This document shows, in pieces, positions 50,211 through 58,491 of a stretch of DNA of 58,491 nt. Position 1 is the stretch's first letter. The number at the start of each line of letters is the position of its first letter. Origin of the DNA: Burkholderiales bacterium (GTDB lineage Bacteria > Pseudomonadota > Gammaproteobacteria > Burkholderiales > SG8-41); contig JAYOED010000008.1 in assembly GCA_038106575.1 (NCBI GenBank), positions 1 through 58,491 on the forward strand, written 5' to 3'. A program made the translations under genes and the position numbers. The notes under the pieces were generated by a model. That model was not told where the DNA came from and did no database searches. It saw only the letters and a list, made by a program, of their open reading frames with translations.

Positions 50211-50963
50211 TTAGGACGGCAGCGGATTCTCCTGCAGCGGCGGTGATTCCGCACCCTCTTCGGGAAAGACGTCCTTGTAGCTCATGTAAATCGAGCACAT
50301 CAGCACCGGCACCAGTATGAAGAAGCCCAGCATCAGTGGTAGGAACGCGGCAACGGACAGCACCAGGGCGGCCACGCCGTAGACCAGGAAAGGCACCGTG
50401 TTCTGCCAGCACGCTGCAAACGACAGTTTCATCGCTGCCACTGGTGCAATGTTGCGAAACACGATCAGCAGCGGTGCAAACCAGATGGCCATCAGTACCG
50501 GTATGAATACCGCCACACCGACGGCCAGCCCCTGCAACAGACCGCCCATCGCTACGCGCATGGTTTCGGGATTAGCGCTGCTCTTGCCGAGAAAGGCCGG
50601 TAGAGCAGCGCCGCCCGCTACCGCGAACATGACGCCGGCGGCAATGATATTGCCGATCAGGTAAATGCCGCCGATAGTGACCAGCGGCGCGGCGTGTGTC
50701 TTGAATGCGGCGAAGAGCAGACCGACCTCGGGCTCCCCGCCCTGATCGGCGGATTTGCAGGCGATCATCAATCCGGCGAAAAACACCGGAGATACCATGT
50801 TGAGGATCAGGGCACCAAGCAACGGAACCATCGCGGAGGCCACCGATATCACCAGAACGATGATCACCATCACGATCCATACCAGTGGCTGCATGCGGAA
50901 CATGCGGAATCCCTCGACGATCCACTGCCAGCCGCGGTCAGCGGCCACGATGCGTGGTTCCAT
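50211..50963 (-). CDS. Conserved polytopic membrane protein of unknown function (BPSS1780/DUF2189-like?)
   Basis: 250 aa with about 6 hydrophobic spans. Family name is from memory only. Confidence 0.5.
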   Translation of the reverse strand: MEPRIVAADRGWQWIVEGFRMFRMQPLVWIVMVIIVLVISVASAMVPLLGALILNMVSPVFFAGLMIACKSADQGGEPEVGLLFAAFKTHAAPLVTIGGIYLIGNIIAAGVMFAVAGGAALPAFLGKSSANPETMRVAMGGLLQGLAVGVAVFIPVLMAIWFAPLLIVFRNIAPVAAMKLSFAACWQNTVPFLVYGVAALVLSVAAFLPLMLGFFILVPVLMCSIYMSYKDVFPEEGAESPPLQENPLPS

Positions 50964-51023
50964 ATGCGCCTCCCCGTATTCGCGATGTCCGATTATAGAT
51001 CGTGAGTTACGGTTCAGGCACTA

Positions 51024-51974
51024 TCAGCCCGCCAGACCAGGTAGCTGGTGTTCATCGCGGATGCGCAGCTCGAGTATGCGGCGAAAATGACCGGGATCCT
51101 TGGCATGGGTCAGTTCACCGGGGCGTGGCAGATGAAAATCGTAGAGGCGTGAGACCCAGAAACGCAGGGCGCCTGCGCGCAGCATGACCGGCCAGGCGCC
51201 GCGCTCAATGGAGGTGTAGGGGCGTATTGCTGCATAGGCATCGAGAAAGGCGCGTGCGCGCGCTAAGTCCAGCGTGCCATCCGCGGCGAGACACCAGTCG
51301 TTGACAGCGATGGCCATGTCATAGAGCATGGCGTCGGTGCAAGCGAAATAAAAATCAATGACACCGGCAATGCGGTCGCCGTCAAACAGGACATTGTCGC
51401 GAAACAGGTCGGCATGGATCGCGCCGCGCGGCAGATCGGAAAAACGGTATAGCGACTGAAAACGCACCTCTTCTTTCAGCAGGGCTGATTCTTCCGCAGA
51501 CAGGAACGGCAGGATTTCGGGCATCACTGACTTCCACCATTTCGGACCGCGGGGATTGTCCATTTTTGCCGGATAGGATTGCCCTGCAATATGCAGCCGC
51601 GCGAGGACGGCTCCTAATGATGCGCACTGCAGCGGCGTTGGAGACTCCAGGTCGCGGCCTTCGAGAAAGGCCACCAGTGCCGCGGGTTTGCCGTTGAGCG
51701 TGCCCAGATAGTTTCCGGCACGATTGGCGACCGGATGTGCGCTGGGTACTTCGTGCTCGGCAAGATAGGCCATAAGGTTCAGGTAGAATGGCAATTGCTG
51801 CGCTGTCAGTTTCTCGAACAGCGTGAGGACGTAACGGCCGCCGCTGGTGGTGACACAGTAGTTGGTATTTTCGATGCCGGAGGCAATGCCGCTCAGTTTG
51901 ATCAGCTCGCCGACTGAATATTCCTTCAGCCACTGGCGCATTTCGTCATCGGTTACAGTCGTGAATACAGACAT
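51024..51974 (-). CDS. thrB: Homoserine kinase, APH-fold (Pseudomonas-type ThrB)
   Basis: MSVFTTVTDDEMRQWLKEYSVGELIKLSGIASGIENTNY...HADLFRDNVLF. Confidence 0.88.
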   Translation of the reverse strand: MSVFTTVTDDEMRQWLKEYSVGELIKLSGIASGIENTNYCVTTSGGRYVLTLFEKLTAQQLPFYLNLMAYLAEHEVPSAHPVANRAGNYLGTLNGKPAALVAFLEGRDLESPTPLQCASLGAVLARLHIAGQSYPAKMDNPRGPKWWKSVMPEILPFLSAEESALLKEEVRFQSLYRFSDLPRGAIHADLFRDNVLFDGDRIAGVIDFYFACTDAMLYDMAIAVNDWCLAADGTLDLARARAFLDAYAAIRPYTSIERGAWPVMLRAGALRFWVSRLYDFHLPRPGELTHAKDPGHFRRILELRIRDEHQLPGLAG

Positions 51975-52030
51975 GGCGGAGGAATCACGCGAACAACAGC
52001 GCGCTGAGCATTAGGGCATCAACGACGGGA

Positions 52031-52381
52031 TCAAAATGAGTGGATCACCCACATCGGCGGTCGTATGCCCTGGCCGGGGCCGTCGTAACGGGAAAACCTG
52101 CCGTCTCCGCGCTCGTCGATCATGTAATACGGGGTGCCACCCGGCGGTGTGACCTTGATCATGTAGAGCTTTCCGCCGATGCGGTATTCCTCGACGGTAT
52201 CTTCGCCGCGTTTGCGGATAGTCACCTGGGGCTCCATGGCGGGATCCAGTTCATAGCCAGGCGGTGGCGGCGGCGGTTCAGGTATCGGCTGCGCGTTGGC
52301 ACCCGGCTTGTTCTGCGCGGCCGCGGGGGGCGCCATGGCTACTATTACGGCGAGTGCAACCAGCGTCAGGATCTTTTTCAT
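52031..52381 (-). CDS. DUF2782-family periplasmic protein
   Basis: Signal peptide. EPQVTIRKRGEDTVEEYRIGGKLYMIKVTP. Usual position between thrB and polA. Confidence 0.75.
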   Translation of the reverse strand: MKKILTLVALAVIVAMAPPAAAQNKPGANAQPIPEPPPPPPGYELDPAMEPQVTIRKRGEDTVEEYRIGGKLYMIKVTPPGGTPYYMIDERGDGRFSRYDGPGQGIRPPMWVIHSF

Positions 52382-52533
52382 GTGCGGCTCCAGTGGCTGG
52401 CATTATCGGTCTTTCGCCGGGCTTTTGAAAGGAGGTGCGGGCCTGTGTGCAGTGACGCTGGCGAGAACTCTGCGATAATTCTCCGGGTGACCCTGTCAAC
52501 TGGCGATTTGCGGCGCAAGCAAACTGGATTCCG

Positions 52534-55251
52534 ATGAAAACCCTGCTGCTCGTCGATGGTTCTTCCTATCTTTACCGCGCTTTTCATGCGATCCGCGATC
52601 TGGTTAGCAGCAAGGGTGAGCCGACCAATGCCATTTACGGTGTGCTCAACATGCTGCGCCGGTTGCACAAGGATTATCCCGCCGACTACAGCGCCTGCGT
52701 ATTCGACGCCAAAGGCAGGACTTTCCGCGACGACCTGTATTCCGATTACAAGGCCAACCGGCCGTCAATGCCTGACGATCTTTCCGTGCAGATCGAGCCG
52801 CTGAAGGAAGCCATCGTCGCGATGGGCTGGCCACTGCTTGAAATCGAAGGAGTCGAGGCCGACGACGTGATCGGTACGCTAGCGCACAGCGCTGAGAAGG
52901 CGGGCATGCGGGTGGTAATTTCCACCGGCGACAAGGACATCACGCAACTGGTCACGCCGAACATCATGCTGGTCAACACCATGTCGAATGAGAAGCTGGA
53001 CGTGGCCGGTGTTGAACAGAAATTCGGCGTCGCTCCGGAACGTATGATCGATTACCTTACGCTGATTGGCGACAGCGTAGACAATGTTCCGGGTGTGCCC
53101 AAGGTGGGGCCGAAGACTGCGGTGAAATGGCTGGCTCAGTACGGCACCCTGGACGCTATCGTCAAACACGCGGATCAAATCGGTGGAGTAGTCGGAGAGA
53201 ATCTGCGCAATACGCTGGACTGGCTGCCGCAGGCCAAAACCCTGTTGACCATCAGATGTGACGTTGACCTTCCGGTTCATGTCGAGGATCTGGGGCCGAA
53301 ACCGCAGGACGGTACTAAGCTTGCGCAGTTGTTTGATCGTTTCGAATTCAGGACATGGCGGCGCGAACTCGACGGGAATAAAGTTGCGGCATCGGCCTCG
53401 TCAGAAGTGGCGGACCCGGTCGCGCTTTCTTTACCGCCGCCGGTGGCCCGCAACTATGAAACCGTACTGACAGAGGCTGCTCTTGACGCCTGGTTGAATT
53501 GCATCGAGGCTGCGCCACTGACCGCTGTAGATACAGAAACTACCAGCCTCGATCCGATGACGGCGGAACTGGTCGGCATTTCTCTGTCAGCAGAAACGGG
53601 GCGGGCCGCTTACATCCCGCTGGCGCATGCTTATGCCGGAGCCCCGGCGCAATTGTCACGCGACAGTGTACTGGCGAAACTCAAACCCTGGCTGGAGAAT
53701 CCGCGGCGGCCCAAACTGGGCCAGCACATCAAGTACGACATGCATGTGTTCGCCAACCACGGTGTACAACTGTCCGGGGTGGTGCACGACACGCTGCTGG
53801 AGTCCTATGTCCTCGAAAGCCATCAGCGGCACGACATGGACAGCCAAGCCAATAGAATTCTATCAATTAAAACAATAAGTTATGATAACATCACCGGGAC
53901 CGGAGCGAAGCGCATCGGTTTCGAGCAGGTGACCGTCGAACACGCCGCCGAATACGCCGCGGAAGACGCTGACGTCACGCTGCAACTTCACCAGGCGCAG
54001 CATCCGCGCATCGCCGCCGATGAAAAGCTGAACCATGTGTACGCCGACATCGAAATGCCGGTGATGCCGGTGCTATACGCAATGGAGCGCAACGGCGTGC
54101 TGCTCGATGAAAAACTACTGGCCGAACTGTCTGGCGAGTTCGGCGCAAAGATGATAGAGATCGAAAAACGCGCGCACAAGCAGGCAGGCCAGCCGTTCAA
54201 CCTCAGTTCGCCAAAGCAGATCCAGGAAATCCTTTTCGAAAAGCAGGGACTCAAACCGTTCAAGAAGACACCCAAGGGCGCGCCTTCCACCGACGAGGAA
54301 TCGCTGGAAGCACTGGCGCAGGACCATCCCTTGCCAAAGCTAATACTTGAGCACCGTAGCCTGTCGAAACTGAAATCGACCTATACCGACAAGCTACCGG
54401 ACATGATTAACCGCTGCACGGCCCGCGTCCACACCAGCTACGGGCAGGCGACGGCGGTGACTGGCCGGCTCGCCAGCACCGATCCCAATCTGCAGAATAT
54501 TCCGATCCGGACCGCTGAAGGACGGCGCATCCGCGAGGCTTTCGTGGCGCCACCGGGATCGCAGATCGTCTCGGCGGACTATTCCCAGATCGAACTTCGC
54601 ATCATGGCGCATATTTCGCGCGACGAAAATCTTTTGAAGGCGTTTGCCGGAGGGGAAGACGTGCATCGCGCGACCGCCGCCGAAATCTTCGGCGTCGATC
54701 CCGGGACCGTGGACAGCGAACAGCGGCGCTACGCCAAGGTCATCAATTTCGGATTGATCTACGGCATGTCGGCATTCGGGCTGGCGCGGCAGCTGAACCT
54801 CGAGCGCGCGGCGGCGCAGCAGTACATGGACCGTTATTTCCAGCGTTATCCCGGCGTTGCCGAATACATGCGTGTGACCCGCGAGCAGGCGAGCGAGCGG
54901 GGATACGTTGAAACCGTGTTCGGGCGCCGGTTGTGGCTGCCTGAAATCCGCAGCAGCAACGGTAGCCGCCGGCAGGGTGCGGAACGCGCGGCGATCAACG
55001 CGCCGATGCAGGGCACCGCTGCCGACCTGATCAAGCTGGCGATGATTGCAGTGCAGAAATGGCTGGTTGAAGAAAAGCTGCAATCAATAATGATCATGCA
55101 AGTGCACGATGAACTGGTTCTTGAGGTTCCTGATCGTGAACTGGATACCGTCAAATTGGGCCTGCACCGGCTGATGACCGGCGTCGCCGAACTGGCGGTG
55201 CCGCTGCTGGTGGAGGTCGGAGCAGGCAGTAATTGGGATCAAGCGCATTGA
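52534..55251 (+). CDS. polA: DNA polymerase I
   Basis: 905 aa. 5'-nuclease N-terminus, motif A SADYSQIELRIMAH, motif B RRYAKVINFGLIYGMS and motif C MQVHDELV. Confidence 0.97.
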   Translation: MKTLLLVDGSSYLYRAFHAIRDLVSSKGEPTNAIYGVLNMLRRLHKDYPADYSACVFDAKGRTFRDDLYSDYKANRPSMPDDLSVQIEPLKEAIVAMGWPLLEIEGVEADDVIGTLAHSAEKAGMRVVISTGDKDITQLVTPNIMLVNTMSNEKLDVAGVEQKFGVAPERMIDYLTLIGDSVDNVPGVPKVGPKTAVKWLAQYGTLDAIVKHADQIGGVVGENLRNTLDWLPQAKTLLTIRCDVDLPVHVEDLGPKPQDGTKLAQLFDRFEFRTWRRELDGNKVAASASSEVADPVALSLPPPVARNYETVLTEAALDAWLNCIEAAPLTAVDTETTSLDPMTAELVGISLSAETGRAAYIPLAHAYAGAPAQLSRDSVLAKLKPWLENPRRPKLGQHIKYDMHVFANHGVQLSGVVHDTLLESYVLESHQRHDMDSQANRILSIKTISYDNITGTGAKRIGFEQVTVEHAAEYAAEDADVTLQLHQAQHPRIAADEKLNHVYADIEMPVMPVLYAMERNGVLLDEKLLAELSGEFGAKMIEIEKRAHKQAGQPFNLSSPKQIQEILFEKQGLKPFKKTPKGAPSTDEESLEALAQDHPLPKLILEHRSLSKLKSTYTDKLPDMINRCTARVHTSYGQATAVTGRLASTDPNLQNIPIRTAEGRRIREAFVAPPGSQIVSADYSQIELRIMAHISRDENLLKAFAGGEDVHRATAAEIFGVDPGTVDSEQRRYAKVINFGLIYGMSAFGLARQLNLERAAAQQYMDRYFQRYPGVAEYMRVTREQASERGYVETVFGRRLWLPEIRSSNGSRRQGAERAAINAPMQGTAADLIKLAMIAVQKWLVEEKLQSIMIMQVHDELVLEVPDRELDTVKLGLHRLMTGVAELAVPLLVEVGAGSNWDQAH

Positions 55252-55255
55252 GTGC

Positions 55256-55442
55256 ATGGTCACGCAGCCCGATCACTGGAACGAGCACGCGCGTCAGTGG
55301 GGTACGATCGGAACTCCGCTACATCCAGCACCGGAAGACATCCGGTTTCTTGAATCCAGACTGGAAAGCTGGCAGTCGCATTCCAAAGTTGCCGAGCTGC
55401 AGGCGCTGTTGTGCGGGGTGACAGTGGAGGTCGCGGGGATGC
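55256..55442 (+). pseudogene. 5' fragment of a SAM-methyltransferase-like gene (3' end deleted)
   Basis: WNEHARQWGTIGTPLHPAPEDIRFLE...ALLCGVTVEVAGM resembles the N-terminus of a class I methyltransferase family. Similarity stops near 55442 and the rest of the ORF looks like read-through. Confidence 0.45.
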
Positions 55443-55680
55443 GCAGGCAGCTTTCGACTTTCTTTAGTGCAGGCGGCAGCGGAATCTTGACCTTGACATT
55501 GCAGAAATAGCCGTTTTCACGCCACAGCAGCTTGACTGCGGCAGCTAATCCGTTAGTCAGTGCCAGTCGCAGGCCGCTGATCGTATCGGCGTCGGACAGT
55601 TCGGTAATACCAGCTATCGCCAGACTGGCATGCGGCATGATGACAAGCGTCAGCAGAACCCCGAAAATATTACGGTTCAT
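55440..55680 (-). pseudogene. 5' fragment of a DUF4197-family periplasmic protein gene (3' end deleted)
   Basis: MNRNIFGVLLTLVIMPHASLA signal, then LSDADTISGLRLALTNGLAAAVKLLWRENGYFCNVKVKIPLPPALKKVESCLR fits the DUF4197 N-terminal pattern. About 150 further residues would be expected and are missing. Confidence 0.5.
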
Positions 55681-55704
55681 GGCCGAACTTCCCGATTGGT
55701 GCAA

Positions 55705-56208
55705 ATGCTTAGATTACGTAACCTGATTTTAGCCGCGGTGGCGGTTTGTGCGGTATCGCTGGGCGCGCTGGCAGCACTGAATATCCGGCCGGAAGCGCCG
55801 CCGGTAACGTTCGTGTCGCTGAAAGGGGAGAAGGTCACTCCGGAATCGCTCCGCGGTAAGGTGGTTCTGGTGAATTTCTGGGCAACCGACTGCGTGATCT
55901 GCCTGAAGGAGATGCCGGAGATCACCGCGACCTACAACAAATACCGGTCCCGCGGATTCGAAATTATTGCGGTGGCGATGCCCTATGATCCACCGAATCA
56001 CGTATTGGATTATGTCGAGAAATCCCGGCTGCCTTTCAAGGTCGCGCTGGACCCTATGGGAAAACTGGCAAGGGCATATGGTGACGTAAGACTGACGCCG
56101 ACGGCATTTGTCATCGACCGGCAAGGTCGTCTCATATTGCGCGTACAAGGCCGGCCCGATTTTTCCGGACTGCATGTATTGCTTGAAGAGAAGCTGGACG
56201 AAACCTGA
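55705..56208 (+). CDS. TlpA-family periplasmic thiol:disulfide oxidoreductase
   Basis: N-terminal anchor MLRLRNLILAAVAV. Redox motif WATDCVICLKEMP. Confidence 0.8.
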   Translation: MLRLRNLILAAVAVCAVSLGALAALNIRPEAPPVTFVSLKGEKVTPESLRGKVVLVNFWATDCVICLKEMPEITATYNKYRSRGFEIIAVAMPYDPPNHVLDYVEKSRLPFKVALDPMGKLARAYGDVRLTPTAFVIDRQGRLILRVQGRPDFSGLHVLLEEKLDET

Positions 56209-56212
56209 AAGC

Positions 56213-57151
56213 TCAGGCCACGCCGGCGTCGTGAGCCTGTTGGTCGGCGTGATACGACGAACGCACCAGCGGTCCACTCGCCGCATTCTGGAAACCCATG
56301 CGCTCGGCTTCAGTGGAATACATCTCGAATGTCGCCGGTTCGACATAGCGTAATACGGGCAGATGGTGGGCGGAAGGCTGCAGGTACTGGCCAATGGTCA
56401 GCATGTCAACGTCATGGGCTCGGAGGTCGCGCATGACCTGAAGAATTTCCTCGTCCGTTTCGCCGAGCCCCACCATCAGTCCAGATTTTGCCGGGATGTC
56501 GGGGAAGCGTGCCTTGAAGTCCAAGAGCAGTTTCAGCGAATGCAGGTAGTCGGACCCGGGGCGGGCCTGCTTGTAAAGTCGTGGTACGGTTTCCAGGTTG
56601 TGATTCATTACGTCAGGAGGGCACTCTGAGAGGATGTCGAGCGCGATATCCAGTCGACCGCGAAAGTCCGGCACCAGAATCTCGATGCGGGTCTGCGGCG
56701 CGTGTTCACGCACCGCGCGGATGCAATTCTTGAAGTGCTGAGCGCCGCCGTCACGCAGGTCGTCGCGATCCACACTGGTGATCACCACGTATTTCAGTTT
56801 AAGTGCGGCAATAGTTTCTGCCAGGTGTCGCGGCTCATGGGTGTCCGGCGGCTTGGGGCGGCCGTGGGCGACGTCGCAGAAGGGGCAGCGGCGGGTACAC
56901 AGATCGCCGAGGATCATGAACGTCGCAGTGCCTTTGCCAAAGCACTCGCCGATGTTGGGGCAGGTGGCTTCCTCGCACACGGTATGTAGCTTCTGCTCAC
57001 GTAGGATTTTCTTGATTTCCTGGAAGCGTGCCGAGTTGCCCAGGCGCACACGTATCCAGTCCGGTTTTTTCAGCGGAGCTGCCGGCACCACTTTGATCGG
57101 GATGCGTGCGGTCTTTGCGTGGCCCTTCTGCTTTTCGCCCGTGGTGGTCAT
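56213..57151 (-). CDS. lipA: Lipoyl synthase
   Basis: [12 protein letters not shown] and radical-SAM [13 protein letters not shown] 57151 forms an ATGA overlap with the lipB stop. Confidence 0.93.
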   Translation of the reverse strand: MTTTGEKQKGHAKTARIPIKVVPAAPLKKPDWIRVRLGNSARFQEIKKILREQKLHTVCEEATCPNIGECFGKGTATFMILGDLCTRRCPFCDVAHGRPKPPDTHEPRHLAETIAALKLKYVVITSVDRDDLRDGGAQHFKNCIRAVREHAPQTRIEILVPDFRGRLDIALDILSECPPDVMNHNLETVPRLYKQARPGSDYLHSLKLLLDFKARFPDIPAKSGLMVGLGETDEEILQVMRDLRAHDVDMLTIGQYLQPSAHHLPVLRYVEPATFEMYSTEAERMGFQNAASGPLVRSSYHADQQAHDAGVA

Positions 57152-57831
57152 TGCAGCGCTTTCTTGATGCACTGGATCAGACGGATGCCGATCAGCGACT
57201 TGCTGTCAGTAATGCCGAGATCACGGGTGCGGGTGACTTTAAGTCCCTTGTAGCCGCAGGGATTGATCGCCAGAAACGGCTTCAGGTCGACGTTCACGTT
57301 CAGCGCCAGGCCGTGGTAGCAACAGCCGTTTTTCACTCGTAGTCCCAGCGCGGCGACTTTTGCACCGTCGACGTATACACCCGGCGCTTTGGGATCGCCG
57401 TTAGCTTCGATGCCGTAGCTGGCGAGCAGGGTGATCACAGCCTGTTCCATTCGGCGGACCAGCAGTCTTATGGTGAGGCCGTGGCGGCGCAAGTCGAGCA
57501 GCAGATAGGCGACGAGCTGGCCTGGCCCGTGGTAAGTGATCAGTCCGCCGCGATCGACGCGCACCAAGGGGATGCCGTTGTCAACGCGCGGCAAATGCTC
57601 AGATTTGCCGGCGATGCCGACGGTGTATACCGGCGGGTGTTCGAGCAGCCACAATTCATCCAAAGTCGAGGCGTCGCGCTTCAACGTGAACTCTTGCATC
57701 CGCTCCAGCGTCGCGCCGTAGGGCACCAGGCCGAGTCGGCGGATAAGGGGGGGCTTGGTCGTGATCGGAGCGGGATTTACGGAGATCCTATACACCGGGT
57801 ATGACGCGGCAGCTGGAGCAAGGTACCGCAT
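57148..57831 (-). CDS. lipB: Octanoyltransferase
   Basis: [25 protein letters not shown] and NPCGY. The start at ATG 57831 is a guess. The ORF-track start at 57963 looks too long. Confidence 0.85.
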   Translation of the reverse strand: MRYLAPAAASYPVYRISVNPAPITTKPPLIRRLGLVPYGATLERMQEFTLKRDASTLDELWLLEHPPVYTVGIAGKSEHLPRVDNGIPLVRVDRGGLITYHGPGQLVAYLLLDLRRHGLTIRLLVRRMEQAVITLLASYGIEANGDPKAPGVYVDGAKVAALGLRVKNGCCYHGLALNVNVDLKPFLAINPCGYKGLKVTRTRDLGITDSKSLIGIRLIQCIKKALQ

Positions 57832-57904
57832 GCTTTGAATAATGGGATAATGCGCGCCATTATAAATCCATCGAGAGAAGCCGGTGCGTTTGATTTTCAA
57901 CAGG

Positions 57905-58375
57905 ATGCGACGGTTATGCATTCTACTTGTTTGCACTCCTTTCGCGGCCGTTGCGCAGGACAATGATTACGGTTCAAATCTCAGCCGGGTTTATTTCTCC
58001 CATCAGCGACTGCTAGCGGTACGCGAAGCCTGCGACCAGGCGTTCCCCGCGCAGGCAATGGCCGCTGAGCTGGCATATGCGACATGGCATGCGCGGCACA
58101 AGGCGCTGTTGGAAGAACTGGATGCCAGGCTGACGTTGATGATGCGCGGCGCATCGAAAGACGAGCGGGAATTCGTCCGTAATGTCGGCAAGTACGAGGG
58201 TGCCATCCTCGAGTACCGAGCCGAGCAGCGCAAGCTGATTCTGGAACAACCGCGTGATGGTATGGAACAGGGTTGTGCGGATTTCCGTAATTACCTGACG
58301 GGATCAGGATCGGATTTCCATTCTGAATACGCAGAAGAATTACGCGTGCTGCGTGAGCGAAAGCTGCCGAAATGA
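57905..58375 (+). CDS. Hypothetical secreted protein
   Basis: Signal peptide MRRLCILLVCTPFAAVAQ and a balanced, charged helical composition. No family recognised. Confidence 0.5.
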   Translation: MRRLCILLVCTPFAAVAQDNDYGSNLSRVYFSHQRLLAVREACDQAFPAQAMAAELAYATWHARHKALLEELDARLTLMMRGASKDEREFVRNVGKYEGAILEYRAEQRKLILEQPRDGMEQGCADFRNYLTGSGSDFHSEYAEELRVLRERKLPK

Positions 58376-58491
58376 TGACGACTGACGGCTCGGTATACGA
58401 GATGGCTGCGGCTGGCCGCAACCCCGCAGTGATCGGGACGGTTTAGACTGTTGCTCTGATTGCTTCTGCCATTGCCTCCTATGTCCGGCTG

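Noticed and set aside
57981-58421. 146-aa minus-strand ORF at the right end
   Set aside because: It is antisense to the plus-strand ORF, which has a proper signal peptide and balanced composition. The minus-strand product is Ala/Arg/Pro-rich and looks like a shadow ORF.

Overview
GC-rich chromosomal segment, probably from a betaproteobacterium. That is inferred from synteny (ptsI-ptsH-EIIA-gshB-gshA-amtB-glnK, leuS-lptE-holA-proA, thrB-DUF2782-polA, lipB-lipA). Most of the window is housekeeping: a partial metX, a permease-less regulatory PTS, glutathione synthesis, a sigma54/NtrC-type porin-glnK-amtB operon, metH, mpl, aroE, mtgA, korAB-type 2-oxoacid:ferredoxin oxidoreductase, lpdA, proA, leuS, uvrD, polA and lipAB. 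No rRNA, tRNA or CRISPR array was recognised. The stand-out region is about 25.9-34.4 kb. It holds two tandem, translationally coupled modules in which periplasmic xanthine-oxidase-family Mo-hydroxylases (IorA/IorB-type) are followed by SoxY-like/SoxZ carrier pairs. The second module also has SoxX and SoxA cytochromes. There is no SoxB or SoxCD in the window. Both SoxY-like proteins lack the canonical C-terminal GGCGG arm and end in ...SACIGDLI and ...ESACLDAV instead. I know of no characterised system with this composition, so it is my best candidate for an undescribed carrier-tethered periplasmic oxidation system. Its right flank is a decayed, 5'-truncated kup pseudogene. Other points of interest are a CPBP-protease/PhyH-dioxygenase/methyltransferase/ATP-grasp cluster, an IS3-family remnant, a deletion scar joining two convergent truncated genes downstream of polA, and a possible riboswitch-like metX leader. 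Every functional call rests on my own motif and homology recognition. No database search was run.
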